From a virus (lineage: Duplodnaviria; Caudoviricetes), in the IMG/VR virus record IMGVR_UViG_3300044698_000164, positions 1 to 33,984 of that record: a stretch of DNA of 33,984 bases, one strand, 5' to 3'. The translations under genes and the position numbers were made by a program. This document shows positions 23,792 through 33,517 of the stretch, piece after piece (position 1 is the first letter of the stretch; each line of letters opens with the position of its first letter). The notes beneath the pieces were generated by a model, which saw only the letters and a list, made by a program, of their open reading frames with translations, had not been told where the DNA came from and did not search any database.

Positions 23792-24826
23792 TCACAGGGT
23801 GGTGCCGACGCACCGGTAGGCGAAGTACGCATCACGCGCCACGCCGTTGTTCCGGATATCGGCCGAGAAGTCCACCACGCGGCGTTCTCCTGCCTTCACC
23901 GGGGGCAAGTCTTTCATGGTGACCATCTGCGGGATGGACAATTGCATTCCAGCAGACACGCCGGTCGTGATCTCATCGGTGATGCCGGTGGACCACGTGC
24001 AGAAGAACGGCAGCTTGGTACCGGCGACGAGCGCGTCAGGCAACGTGGTGTCGTCGAAGTTGGCTTTCCCCGAGAACGTGATCTTAGGGATTCCAGCGAT
24101 CGGGCGACCCCGGGTGGTGCCCAGCTTCCAATCCTTATCGTCGATCTGGTGGTCAATCTCGAAAGAGAACTCCCGCCAGAAGTCCACGGACGTCGGACCG
24201 GTCCCGAACGCGCTGGTGGTGGGCACCGTCAGCGTGCCCCCGGTTCCGGTCGCGGTCACCCGGTATGCGTCGTACAGGGTGCTGGCCGAAGCATAGGATG
24301 CGGTCGCCGCGGCCGTCGCTGCGGTGAAGTTCAGTGCGTCGAACACGACCTCGATCGTGGGGATACCGTCCTCGGGCTGTTCAATGGTGACCTTGGATGG
24401 GGTGCAACCCCCGTACGTCTCGACGTAGTTCGTCCCGTCGTTCCGCACTTTCACATGCTGGATCGTCCAGGAATTCAGGTAGGTGCCGGTGATGCCAGGG
24501 TGGAACAGTTGGAATGACCCGCCCGGGGTACCGGCGATGGATACGACACTCTGCGTACCCCACGCCGCGTAGAGCAGAACCCCGCCCTGCTCGGACTCCA
24601 ATTCAGCTTTCATGGTGACGACACCCTGACCTGCCGTCGGATACGTCCGCGACGACAGGGGGGAGATCCTCCCGGACCCCCCGTGCAGGCCTTCACCGGT
24701 ACGGATCCGGGGATCCCACAACGATTTCATGGCGTCGAGATGCGGGTAGAAACGATCTACGGTGACGCGTGTCCCGAACACGCTTTCGATCTTCATTCCC
24801 ATGATGTCGTCAAGAACGGTAGGCAT
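23792..24826 (-). CDS. Major tail (tube) protein
   Basis: MG.K.ES.FGT.VTVDRF...SWTIQ...Y.GC...; beta-rich; position in the tail module. Confidence 0.85.
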   Translation of the reverse strand: MPTVLDDIMGMKIESVFGTRVTVDRFYPHLDAMKSLWDPRIRTGEGLHGGSGRISPLSSRTYPTAGQGVVTMKAELESEQGGVLLYAAWGTQSVVSIAGTPGGSFQLFHPGITGTYLNSWTIQHVKVRNDGTNYVETYGGCTPSKVTIEQPEDGIPTIEVVFDALNFTAATAAATASYASASTLYDAYRVTATGTGGTLTVPTTSAFGTGPTSVDFWREFSFEIDHQIDDKDWKLGTTRGRPIAGIPKITFSGKANFDDTTLPDALVAGTKLPFFCTWSTGITDEITTGVSAGMQLSIPQMVTMKDLPPVKAGERRVVDFSADIRNNGVARDAYFAYRCVGTTL

Positions 24827-24829
24827 CGG

Positions 24830-25114
24830 TCAGTCACCCTCTCCGGACGGCGCGGGAGCTTCACGCCACAGATCCATTTGCGCGAGGAGACCCGACCCGA
24901 GGTCTACGACTTCAATGATCCCTTTCCGGGTCCGGGTCTCGAATCCCGTCACGTCCTCCCCGGGGTCCGCTGGCCGCCAGTACGCGCCCTGGCCGGCCAC
25001 CTCGTCGGGTACCTGCAGCGGAACGCCGCGCTCGAACTCGTAGCCTTCCGGGCGGTCGGTGACCGGTGGGACGAACAGGTTCAGCGGCCCGTGATCGTAC
25101 TGGATCCACTTCAC
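24830..25114 (-). CDS. Small virion-morphogenesis hypothetical protein
   Basis: AAAGGGG RBS; RG.P..VPD.VAG...G.GLLAQ...W pattern that precedes tail tube genes. Confidence 0.7.
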   Translation of the reverse strand: MKWIQYDHGPLNLFVPPVTDRPEGYEFERGVPLQVPDEVAGQGAYWRPADPGEDVTGFETRTRKGIIEVVDLGSGLLAQMDLWREAPAPSGEGD

Positions 25115-25128
25115 GTGATACCCCTTTC

Positions 25129-25632
25129 TCAGATTGACGTCACGAACACGACGTACGCGTTTATCGTCACGATTGGCCCGGCGTTGATTTCCTGCCGCCA
25201 CGTATAGTCACGCGCGATTTCAGCGTGTTGCATCCATTGCGGACTGAGCCCGAGCCGTGGAGTTGTCCTGACATAGTTCTCCCACAATGCGAACTCGTCG
25301 AACGCGAAATCACGTACCACTTTCATGTCCGCTTTCCGGTCGCCGATCTGCGAGCAGATCCGCAACCGGACCCCGCCCCGTTCCTCCCGCTTCCGGTCGC
25401 CGAGCGCGGCCGTCCGCTGCCCAGCATCCCCGGCGTCTTCCGCAGCACCAGGCATACCCGACCACCCGACCGCAGCCCACGTGACGGCCCGGTCCGATGT
25501 GATGCCGTACTCGGGTCCGTCGAACACGGGGACACCGCTCGTGGCCGCGGTTGGAGCCCGGTGCCCGGTGAACGCCCGCCCGGCGTTCACCAGGGCATCG
25601 ACCACCAGCGGCACCCTCGACGTGTACGCCAT
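25129..25632 (-). CDS. Tail terminator-like protein
   Basis: V.DGP......VGW...Q.....G...R.E.G...C...G pattern; position in the neck region. Confidence 0.7.
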   Translation of the reverse strand: MAYTSRVPLVVDALVNAGRAFTGHRAPTAATSGVPVFDGPEYGITSDRAVTWAAVGWSGMPGAAEDAGDAGQRTAALGDRKREERGGVRLRICSQIGDRKADMKVVRDFAFDEFALWENYVRTTPRLGLSPQWMQHAEIARDYTWRQEINAGPIVTINAYVVFVTSI

Positions 25633-25636
25633 GGCC

Positions 25637-26461
25637 CTACCTCCCCAGGGTCCGCATCCACGTGGCCCAATGCTCGATCACGACGGTAGGCAACGTGTAG
25701 TGCGCTGCCATCGCAATATCCCAGTTCGCGCCACCGTCCGAGCGCGGCAGCCCGGACCCGCCGCGCTGCGTGGCCCACAGATGCTCGATCAGGTACAGGT
25801 TGCCCTGCCGGATCCCTTGCGGCACAACACCATCCGACGCGCCCGCAACGACCGTTGCGGCCACGTTCGCGACCCCGGGCGCCCAGCACCGTTGCCAGGT
25901 CTGCGTGCCCCGGTACAGCCGTCCCCGGGCCGCGTCTAGGTGGTACCCGGTCGAAGGCACCGTGATGCCGTTCTCGGTCACCGACGTCACTGAGATGACC
26001 GGCCGGGGGAGCTGCACGAACTCGCTGCCGCCGTACTTCACTGCCGACAGGGTCTGCCGTCGCCAGACCCTCGTCACGCGCTCGCAGTGCGCCGCGGACA
26101 CCATCGAATACCGCTGCAGCAGAGCATCATCGGACGTCGAGTAGGCCCGTACCTGCTCCCGCGCTTCGGCCAGCGACACGAGCGGCGGGAGGCTCCCCTC
26201 GACGTAGAACCCATCGACCGGTGGCGCGGTCGCGTTGCCCCCGGTGAACACCCACCGGACCCCGTACAGGCCCTCAGCGGCCGGCAGGTAGTCCACCGTG
26301 TAGGTCCCCGTCGTCGCCGGCGGATTGGTGACCGTGGGAGTGGCGGTGGTCCCGTCCGGCAGGGTGATGGTCAGCGTCACCGTGGTGGCGTTCGCGGCCG
26401 CTCCCGCGTCATCGACGACGAGCGCGGTCAGCGGGACCGGTTGCCCGAGCGCGTAGCTCAC
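25637..26461 (-). CDS. Head-tail connector (gp6-like) with N-terminal Ig-like extension
   Basis: TLTITLPDGT...G.Y...Y.....G.Y.VRW..TG domain, then LVSLAEARE...DD..L...LP.PV.SVTSV...LWATQRG. Confidence 0.8.
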   Translation of the reverse strand: MSYALGQPVPLTALVVDDAGAAANATTVTLTITLPDGTTATPTVTNPPATTGTYTVDYLPAAEGLYGVRWVFTGGNATAPPVDGFYVEGSLPPLVSLAEAREQVRAYSTSDDALLQRYSMVSAAHCERVTRVWRRQTLSAVKYGGSEFVQLPRPVISVTSVTENGITVPSTGYHLDAARGRLYRGTQTWQRCWAPGVANVAATVVAGASDGVVPQGIRQGNLYLIEHLWATQRGGSGLPRSDGGANWDIAMAAHYTLPTVVIEHWATWMRTLGR

Positions 26462-26465
26462 TGCC

Positions 26466-27335
26466 TCACCTGCTCCCGATCGTCGCGGCCGCGGCAGTCC
26501 CCGTGCCGATGGTCGCCGCTGGCGCCGTCCCGGTGCCGATGGACGACGAGCCCGCCACCGCGGCCGCCAGGACCACAGCACCAGCGACCCGGGGCAGCGA
26601 CCCCGCAGCCGTCCCGAGCACTGTCCGGACCCCGGCCGCCGCGCCCGCGATACTCGAGAGGACCCCGGCCCCGGTCCCCGTGACGGTGGCCGCTCCACCA
26701 GGTGCCCACGCCGCGAACAGGGCCGTACGGTCCGCGAACGCGTTCGATCCGCTGTCCGTCCAGGACAGCACCGGAGCTTGTGTCCCGGATCCGTCGGTGC
26801 GAGCCAGCGCTACCTGCTGCGCGGCCGTCCCGCCAGCGCCCTGCAGAGCGCTCGCCGCGGCCACCGTGTACCCCGTGGACCCGGTGGGGGACACCACGGC
26901 CCCGGACGCCGAGTGGAGGCCTCCAGAGAGCACGCACAATCGGTCCGTGCCACCGAGCGCCCCGGGCGCAACCGCCGGGGTGACCAGTCCTGGTACCGCC
27001 TCGACGCCCGCGGTAGCAGTCTGCTCCGGGGTGGCGGACGCTGCCCCGGAGTAGCGCAGGAACACCGCGGCGGCGTTGAAACTCCCGCTCGTGGTGATCG
27101 TGACGGTGCTGGCCTCGGCTGCACCGGCCAGCCGTGCGAACAGGTACGCGCCCTGCGCGACCACCCGCGACGCGACCAGCGTCCACCCTGACGGGGTAGA
27201 CACGGTGGTGTCGGAGTTGACTGCGAGGACCAGCAGGTCTCCCTGGTCGGGGGCCCCGCCGGGGTAGGTGACGACGTGACCGGACCCACCGTCAGCGAAC
27301 GCCGCGGTGGTGGAGTCGAGCAGAGCAAACGCCAC
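26466..27335 (-). CDS. Putative head/neck fibre or decoration protein
   Basis: P.G...GDLLVL.V...TPSGWT...LF.R.A beta domain plus G/A/T-rich stalk. Confidence 0.65.
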   Translation of the reverse strand: MAFALLDSTTAAFADGGSGHVVTYPGGAPDQGDLLVLAVNSDTTVSTPSGWTLVASRVVAQGAYLFARLAGAAEASTVTITTSGSFNAAAVFLRYSGAASATPEQTATAGVEAVPGLVTPAVAPGALGGTDRLCVLSGGLHSASGAVVSPTGSTGYTVAAASALQGAGGTAAQQVALARTDGSGTQAPVLSWTDSGSNAFADRTALFAAWAPGGAATVTGTGAGVLSSIAGAAAGVRTVLGTAAGSLPRVAGAVVLAAAVAGSSSIGTGTAPAATIGTGTAAAATIGSR

Positions 27336-27344
27336 GTTTGCCCC

Positions 27345-27710
27345 TCAGCTTGCCAGGGGGAACGCGACGTCAAGGTCACCAGCGGCGATGGTGAACGTAT
27401 CCCCGGCGGTGACGGCGTTCGCTGTGATCGTCCCCGAGTGGCCGAACGTGCCCGCGGTTGACGCGGTCCACCCGGTGTAGTGGGTGTAGTCCTCGCTGCC
27501 AGCGACCGACGTCCACGTCAGGACCCCCGAGTTGGACGACGCGCCACCGCTGGACGCTGACCACGTCGCTTGCTTCCTGGTCGTCTCGGTCGCGGCGTTC
27601 GCGGTGCCACCCGCCCCGGGCGCCGCGGTGTGCAGCTTGATCCATGGGTAGGCCGCGAGCAGCGCGTCAAGGGCGGTGTTCGCACCGGCCGACCCGAGGC
27701 CCTCAGCCAT
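27345..27710 (-). CDS. Small fibre-base / structural protein
   Basis: ANTALD...IKLHT..PG..GT.N....R....W...THY..W.A.T.G.F...GDTFTI..G.L.V family found after capsid genes. Confidence 0.75.
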   Translation of the reverse strand: MAEGLGSAGANTALDALLAAYPWIKLHTAAPGAGGTANAATETTRKQATWSASSGGASSNSGVLTWTSVAGSEDYTHYTGWTASTAGTFGHSGTITANAVTAGDTFTIAAGDLDVAFPLAS

Positions 27711-27966
27711 CGGTGGTGGTCCGGCGCGTCGGGCGCCGCTCCCCCGGTGCCGCGGTCGCCTGCTCCACCGGGGCAGCCCGGTGGATCCTGGTCTGCGCGT
27801 CCCGCGCGGCTGCCTCGTCGATCTCCTCGAACAGGGGTTCCCTGCCGAGCAGGATCGGATCACCCGCAGCGATGATCTTCCCTGCGTTGACCGTCAACGG
27901 CGGAACGCCGTCCGGCATCGCTGCGATGAACGTCTCGCGGGCCCGGAAATACCCGGTGCTGGTCAT
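27703..27966 (-). CDS. Conserved post-capsid hypothetical protein
   Basis: DP...GRE.LFE...VEQATAAPGERR motif. Confidence 0.75.
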   Translation of the reverse strand: MTSTGYFRARETFIAAMPDGVPPLTVNAGKIIAAGDPILLGREPLFEEIDEAAARDAQTRIHRAAPVEQATAAPGERRPTRRTTTDG

Positions 27967-28007
27967 CCTTGGTGGTCCTTCCCTGGTGGCTGACGGGGTG
28001 GTGTGAG

Positions 28008-28041
28008 CCGGGGCCCTGGCGAGCGCTCGCCAGGGCCCCGG
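28008..28041. terminator. Perfect 34-bp palindrome after the capsid gene
   Basis: CCGGGGCCCTGGCGAGC|GCTCGCCAGGGCCCCGG. Confidence 0.7.
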
Positions 28042-28048
28042 GGTCCGG

Positions 28049-29545
28049 TCACGTGACGTCGAGCAACTCGAACGCCGAATCGTTCACGGAGTCCGCGCCG
28101 TGCATGCAGTACGCCAGGAACCCGCGCTGACCGGACGGCCTGTTGTTGCCCGTGTGGAACAGGTGCGGGATGGTCTCCACCACCATTCCCATGCGGTCCA
28201 CGATGTAGTAGTACGAGAAATCGCCCAGCAGGAGGACCAGGTTCGTGGCGGTCGCGGTAATGGTCCCGTCCATCGCGGACGACTTCCGGGTCGGCGAACC
28301 GAGCAGCTCCGGGGGAAGGCCACCACCGAGGTACTCCCACAGCCCGGCACCGCCGCTGGTATCGAACTGGCGGATGAGGTTGTAGATCGCCTTGTTCGCG
28401 ACCCATGTCGCTTTGTCCAGGTACCGGTCAGGAAGCGCGTTCGGCAGTTTGTAGACGTCGCCGATCGCGAACGTGTCCGTGGTAGTGGACGCGAGCGCTC
28501 CAGCCGTCACGGCGGTGACGATCCCGAAAGGCTGGGAGGACCCGGTTCCGGTGGCGAACGTGCTCGCCTCCAGATCATCCTTGCCACCGGCAAGGACCAT
28601 CGCGATAGTCCCGGTAACGTTCGGTTCGTACGCCAGTCCCTCGATCGAGATCGGGATAAACCCGCGGGCCGTGTATAGCGAGATCGGGGGCTGCGCGAAC
28701 GTCGTCGCGTCGTCGCTGACTTCCGCGGCCTCCGCGTCGTACGACCATGCCGCGTGAGTGGTGGAAACCCCGTTCCACACATCCGACGTTCCGACCTTCT
28801 TGGTGGCCAGCTCCCGGAACGGGTTGACGCTCCCGTCAGCGGTCAGGATGAGTGCCGGGTCCAACTGCTGGGGGATGAGGTAACCACCCGCAGCGTCGGT
28901 CAGCGACATCGCGCGAGCGAGTTCGCTCGCGGCCCGCATCGCTCTCTTCTCGCCGTCCGTGAGGTCCCACATCTGACCCCGCAGGCCCTTGGAGAACGCC
29001 GCCAGATACTCCGGATCGGACGCGATGAGAACGTGTCGCGCCAGGTCGGCGCGCTCGTTGTCCTGCTCCTGCAGCATGCGCACCAGGACGGCCCGCTGAC
29101 GGTCCGTGGATCCGGGCATGCGGCCGGCCGCGGACACGGCGCGGGCCGACAGCTCCCGCGCGACAGCCTCCGCGGGCCGCCCGAACGCCTGCACCCTCGA
29201 CAGGTCCCACGGGTTGCCTCCGCGGTTGCGGCCGCCCACCGGGTCAGCGTCCCGGGGGTCGCCGATCGGATCACGGTCGTAGCCGTCGCCCTCGCCGAGC
29301 GCGTTCCTGGCCGCGCCGTCGCCCTCCTCGACCTGGCCGCGGCCGCGGACCTCGGTGACCACGAACACCTGCTCCCGGGCCTCCCACGCCGCGATGCTCG
29401 CGGCCAGGGTCTCCCGCTCGGCCCGCAGCGCGTCGAACGCGGCTTGCTGGTCGGCGGTGAACGCGGCATCACCGGCCGCGGTGTGGATCGCTCGCATTTC
29501 GGTGAGCGCGGCCAGGAACCGCGCCCTCATCTCTGCCAGGGTCAC
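28049..29545 (-). CDS. Major capsid protein (HK97 fold) with N-terminal delta domain
   Basis: Coiled-coil N-terminus; AGGYLIPQQLDP...E..E...F....GTG..QP.GI...LLG.P...GDFS.Y.I.DR.G. Confidence 0.95.
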   Translation of the reverse strand: MTLAEMRARFLAALTEMRAIHTAAGDAAFTADQQAAFDALRAERETLAASIAAWEAREQVFVVTEVRGRGQVEEGDGAARNALGEGDGYDRDPIGDPRDADPVGGRNRGGNPWDLSRVQAFGRPAEAVARELSARAVSAAGRMPGSTDRQRAVLVRMLQEQDNERADLARHVLIASDPEYLAAFSKGLRGQMWDLTDGEKRAMRAASELARAMSLTDAAGGYLIPQQLDPALILTADGSVNPFRELATKKVGTSDVWNGVSTTHAAWSYDAEAAEVSDDATTFAQPPISLYTARGFIPISIEGLAYEPNVTGTIAMVLAGGKDDLEASTFATGTGSSQPFGIVTAVTAGALASTTTDTFAIGDVYKLPNALPDRYLDKATWVANKAIYNLIRQFDTSGGAGLWEYLGGGLPPELLGSPTRKSSAMDGTITATATNLVLLLGDFSYYYIVDRMGMVVETIPHLFHTGNNRPSGQRGFLAYCMHGADSVNDSAFELLDVT

Positions 29546-29547
29546 GA

Positions 29548-30360
29548 CTACTCCAGTTCAGGGAAGACGAGGGCACGCCTGGTGGCGTGTCCTGGTCCGT
29601 CCGAGTGGCGTCGCGCCGGGTCGGCCGGGAGGTACAGCGCGGGTCCTTCCCCGGGCGCCCCGGCCTGGCCGGCCGTTGCGGTAGGGACACGGAGTGCGCG
29701 TGAGCGCTGCAGCAGGTCCAGCGTCCGCGCGTCACGCGCGGCCGCCCGTTCGTAGTATGCATCGGTCAGGCTGGTCATGGCCTGGCCGCGTGCCTCAGCG
29801 GTCGCTGTGGGTGAGGCAGGGAACGTCACGGGGCCCGCCTCGAATAACCGGATCTGAGTCATGGTCCGTTCCGGCAGGCCTTTCGGATTGTGGTCCGACG
29901 TCCCCGGTTCGTCATTCCATGTCTCCTCGATCACCCGGAAACGGAACGATGACCCGTACACGTTCGCCCGCAACCCCGGTTCGAGATCACGATTGTATGA
30001 CGTGTCGAACAGGTCGCCTTCCAATACCGCGGAATCGGGGTCCTCGCGCAGGTCTTCCGTCGCGGACAGGACTTTGTTCCCGATCGACGGATCGTAGCCG
30101 TGATCGAACAATGCGCGGACAGAATAGTTGCCGTCCGCCATGAGTGAATTCTTGATGGTCCGGGCAAACGCGCCCCGGACAGTGCGCTCCAGGAAATTGC
30201 CCTCCCACCATGAGTCAACCTCATACCAGGCATTGAACGGCGAGAACCGGACGACGAGGCGCCCGAGGTTACCGGCGTCCGGGGCGGCCGCCCGGAACAG
30301 GACCGGGTTACGCGGCGCCGGAATGGCCCGGATCAGGTCAAGCTCCCGAACAGTTTCCAT
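29548..30360 (-). CDS. HK97-family prohead protease
   Basis: F.E....GAF..T...LFDHG.D...G...G.SFRF.V...RT..Q..L.E.GPVTFPA. Confidence 0.93.
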   Translation of the reverse strand: METVRELDLIRAIPAPRNPVLFRAAAPDAGNLGRLVVRFSPFNAWYEVDSWWEGNFLERTVRGAFARTIKNSLMADGNYSVRALFDHGYDPSIGNKVLSATEDLREDPDSAVLEGDLFDTSYNRDLEPGLRANVYGSSFRFRVIEETWNDEPGTSDHNPKGLPERTMTQIRLFEAGPVTFPASPTATAEARGQAMTSLTDAYYERAAARDARTLDLLQRSRALRVPTATAGQAGAPGEGPALYLPADPARRHSDGPGHATRRALVFPELE

Positions 30361-30369
30361 GATTTCTCC

Positions 30370-31725
30370 TCACTTCACCGGGGCCGGGTTGACGCCGGGA
30401 GCCTGCAACTGCACCGAGAACAATCCGGAATGCTTCAGCCGTGACCAGTCGTTCGCCAGGATTGCCTGCGTCACCGAATCGGCCGTGTATCCGGCGTCCA
30501 GCAGGGTCCGGAATGTCGTCGCTTCCTTCGCTTGAATCTCCGCGACCACGGCCGCGTCATCGCGCAGGAATGCGATATCCCGCGCGTCGTACCATAGCCG
30601 CGAACTGACCGGCTTATTCCTCAGTAGCCGCGTAATGGACCCGGCGAAATTGCGCCACAGTGGACGGAAAGTCCGGTCCACGGTGGAATCCCGGGCCACC
30701 TTATAGTTGCCGGAATTCAATGCTGACCCGGCCAGACCTTCCTGCACTGCCGCAACTACCGGGTGGATACCGGCGGCGTTCACTATCCGGGTTTCCCCGG
30801 ATCCTTGCGTGGCCGACAGGTCCATTTCCTGCAGGTTCGATCCGATCACCGTCACGTCGGCACCGGCCGCCGTGTAAAGCGTCTTATAGGCGTTGCCAAC
30901 TCCCTTATGGTCCAGTTCCATTCGTTCCACGAATTCGTCGAACACTTCCGGATCGTGCGTTTTCAGGGATACCGCAAGGTTAGGGGTCGCCGCATTCTCG
31001 AAGAACTTCCCCTTGTGTTTCGTGGCCTGCATGTCGATCTGCAGTTCCCGGATTACCGGGGTCAGCCACGACCGGCCCCGGTACGTCGCGAGAGGATCCG
31101 GGTTAGGCGCGAAATGCGCGAACTCACCCGCGACGAACACCGCTGGTTTACTGCCCGATCCTTCGCCGGCCTGGTAGTAGAGCAGTCCTACGATTTTCCA
31201 TCCGACGTCAACCATCGTGCCGCCCTTACCGCGGCGCATCTCGCGCGGCGCAAGGACCAACTTGCACCAGTCGGGCCGTAGCCTGATAAATTCTTCCTCC
31301 GGCCGGACCGTGTAACTGTTGCCCGCGAAATCCGCGTCAAGAATGGCGCGGGATAACAGGTCGCCGGTGGTTCCGCCCGTCCAGGGTTCTTCTAAAGAGG
31401 CTAGTTCAGGGGTCCAGAACAGTTCCGCTGGACGGCCATTCTGGAATCCCTGCCACAGGAAACGGGCCTCACTGAACACATTGTGCCGCAATGTCGACAC
31501 GTTCGCGACGATACTGTTGCCGAACAGTCCGGCGATGATGTATCCCACATAATCGTGGGTGATTTCCTCGGCGGGATTCGGGCCGTACGTCGTCTGCAGC
31601 CCGGTCATCGGATACGTGTTCCCACCGAAACCCAGCTGACCCAGATACCAGTCCCAATCGGACCGGACCCCGTACAACCCCGGTTGCGCCGGTTCGGGCC
31701 TCCGGTCACGGACCCACAGACTCAC
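30370..31725 (-). CDS. Portal protein (HK97-like)
   Basis: L..PW...T...L......D..GN.Y...LRPD...H......Y.G.S.L...FF.N.ATP. Confidence 0.93.
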   Translation of the reverse strand: MSLWVRDRRPEPAQPGLYGVRSDWDWYLGQLGFGGNTYPMTGLQTTYGPNPAEEITHDYVGYIIAGLFGNSIVANVSTLRHNVFSEARFLWQGFQNGRPAELFWTPELASLEEPWTGGTTGDLLSRAILDADFAGNSYTVRPEEEFIRLRPDWCKLVLAPREMRRGKGGTMVDVGWKIVGLLYYQAGEGSGSKPAVFVAGEFAHFAPNPDPLATYRGRSWLTPVIRELQIDMQATKHKGKFFENAATPNLAVSLKTHDPEVFDEFVERMELDHKGVGNAYKTLYTAAGADVTVIGSNLQEMDLSATQGSGETRIVNAAGIHPVVAAVQEGLAGSALNSGNYKVARDSTVDRTFRPLWRNFAGSITRLLRNKPVSSRLWYDARDIAFLRDDAAVVAEIQAKEATTFRTLLDAGYTADSVTQAILANDWSRLKHSGLFSVQLQAPGVNPAPVK

Positions 31726-31919
31726 GACCCCTCACCCCGCCGGCGCGCCAGGACCAGCAGGACCGACGCCCCGGTTAGGGCCAGGCCAGCCGCGAGGATC
31801 CCCCCACCAGCCGCAGCCACCGGCCGCCACATGCCGGCCAGGCCAGCGACCAGGACACCCACCCCGGCCGCCACCAGCAGTAGCGCCAGCACGTCAAGCG
31901 CGGTCGTCACCTGCTCCAC
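31722..31919 (-). CDS. Small 2-TM protein between terL and portal
   Basis: GAGAGG RBS; TTALDVL.L..VAAG pattern. Confidence 0.7.
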   Translation of the reverse strand: MEQVTTALDVLALLLVAAGVGVLVAGLAGMWRPVAAAGGGILAAGLALTGASVLLVLARRRGEGS

Positions 31920-31939
31920 CCGCGGCCACCTCTCGTCGC

Positions 31940-33517
31940 CTACTTGCCCCATCGTCCCATCGGTGCGTGCTCTGCCGGGGTCACGACCAGGCCGTGAAGC
32001 GCCTCGGCTATCGACACGATCGGGGAGATGTCTGTCTCGCTGGTCGATCTGCCGAACGCCCATCCACCATCACCGATCTTTCTACGTGCCGCGCCGCGTA
32101 GCGCGTCCGTCACGATTGTGTCGCCCCGGTGCCACGCATCGGGCGCGTCACCAGCCGTCGCATCCCACAGACCAGCGCACGCGCGGCCCATCTCGACCGC
32201 GCCGAGCACCACCAGTGTGCCGGTCGGGTCTTCCTTCGTCCGTAGCCGCAGCCCGGCACGGACCAGCGCGGGTATCTCCGACCCCGCCGGGGATGCGCCA
32301 TCGACCACCACCGCGACCGCGCGGTGTTTCTTCGCGAGCGCCACCAGCCGGCGGACCGCCCACGACGTGCCCGGCGCGTGCTCGATCAACGCCAGGTGCT
32401 TCGTTCCGTCGGCGCGCCATCCCGCGCCACCGATCGACGCTGACCCCCGGTCCGGTGCGATGTCCAGGGCCAGCGCTCGCCGTCCGGCAGGCTCCGACCC
32501 CGGGTCGATCCTGGCCTCCCACGCCGCAACGGAGATCGTGATCCCGCCAACGGCCGGTTCTTCGGGCCACCCGAGCCGCTCCCGCGCGTACTCGGCTGGC
32601 AGCGCGGACAGCTCCTGCCGCTCACCGAGCAGGTACTCCTGGGTGATGCCCCCGTGGTACGCCCGGGGGTTCGCTGCGCGGACCAGGGCCAGGTCATCGA
32701 ACACGCACCCGGTGACCCCCGGTGCGTGGGTGCAGCGCGGGATCAGGCAGCCCGGTGCGGCGAGCGACCCGGGGGCCCCCCACTCGGCGTAGGCCATGAG
32801 GCCAGCGCGGCCGCGGCGCACGACGTCGTGCAGGACCAGCGAGTCAGCGTGCGGATGGCTGGACCCGTACATGATCAACCCGTTGCGGCGGGTCGAGAGG
32901 ATCGGCAACAGGCTGCCCATGTGCGACGCGACCAGCGCGAACGCCTCGTCAAGAATGACGAGGTCACCGGCCAGGCCACGCCCACCGGACTTGATACGCG
33001 CCTTGAATTTCAGGCGCGCGAACTCCCATTTACCATTCTTCCCGCGTCGTTTAAACGTGATGAATTCACGTCCGGTGGAACGATTGATGGCGTGAACGTG
33101 ATTCCGGAACCACGGATACAATGCCAGGCCGGTATCCGGGTCTTCCGCCTCATACCATCCGACCATCCGCAGGAAAGTTTCCTGCGCAGTAGACACCTCA
33201 TGCGCCGACCATACCGCCAGGGAATCACCACCCGGACGCAGCAACCGGGAAAGGGTAATCAATTCAAGAATGAACGTTTTCAGATTCTGGCGAGGGCAGA
33301 TAATCGCGGCACCCAGCGTCGCCGGACGACCGTCCGCGCGCGCCGACGTCAACACGTCCGCAGCGAACCGCTGCGTTGGATCCAGGGTGAGCCGCAACTT
33401 CCCGGCCACGCCCTCAACAGCCCGGACGAACGACCCCGCACGCTGCGCAGGGATCGCGTAGTGCGACGGCACGCAGATACCGGACGGCAGGACCACGGCC
33501 GCGGCCGCAGCGCTCAC
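31940..33517 (-). CDS. terL: Terminase large subunit
   Basis: Walker A variant PRQNLKT, Walker B LVILDEA, ANP motif, RERLG, nuclease ALDIAPDR and DISP. Confidence 0.93.
   Translation of the reverse strand: MSAAAAAVVLPSGICVPSHYAIPAQRAGSFVRAVEGVAGKLRLTLDPTQRFAADVLTSARADGRPATLGAAIICPRQNLKTFILELITLSRLLRPGGDSLAVWSAHEVSTAQETFLRMVGWYEAEDPDTGLALYPWFRNHVHAINRSTGREFITFKRRGKNGKWEFARLKFKARIKSGGRGLAGDLVILDEAFALVASHMGSLLPILSTRRNGLIMYGSSHPHADSLVLHDVVRRGRAGLMAYAEWGAPGSLAAPGCLIPRCTHAPGVTGCVFDDLALVRAANPRAYHGGITQEYLLGERQELSALPAEYARERLGWPEEPAVGGITISVAAWEARIDPGSEPAGRRALALDIAPDRGSASIGGAGWRADGTKHLALIEHAPGTSWAVRRLVALAKKHRAVAVVVDGASPAGSEIPALVRAGLRLRTKEDPTGTLVVLGAVEMGRACAGLWDATAGDAPDAWHRGDTIVTDALRGAARRKIGDGGWAFGRSTSETDISPIVSIAEALHGLVVTPAEHAPMGRWGK

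Noticed and set aside
17374-27335. Diversity-generating retroelement acting on fibre genes
   Set aside because: No reverse transcriptase and no TR/VR pair differing at adenines was seen
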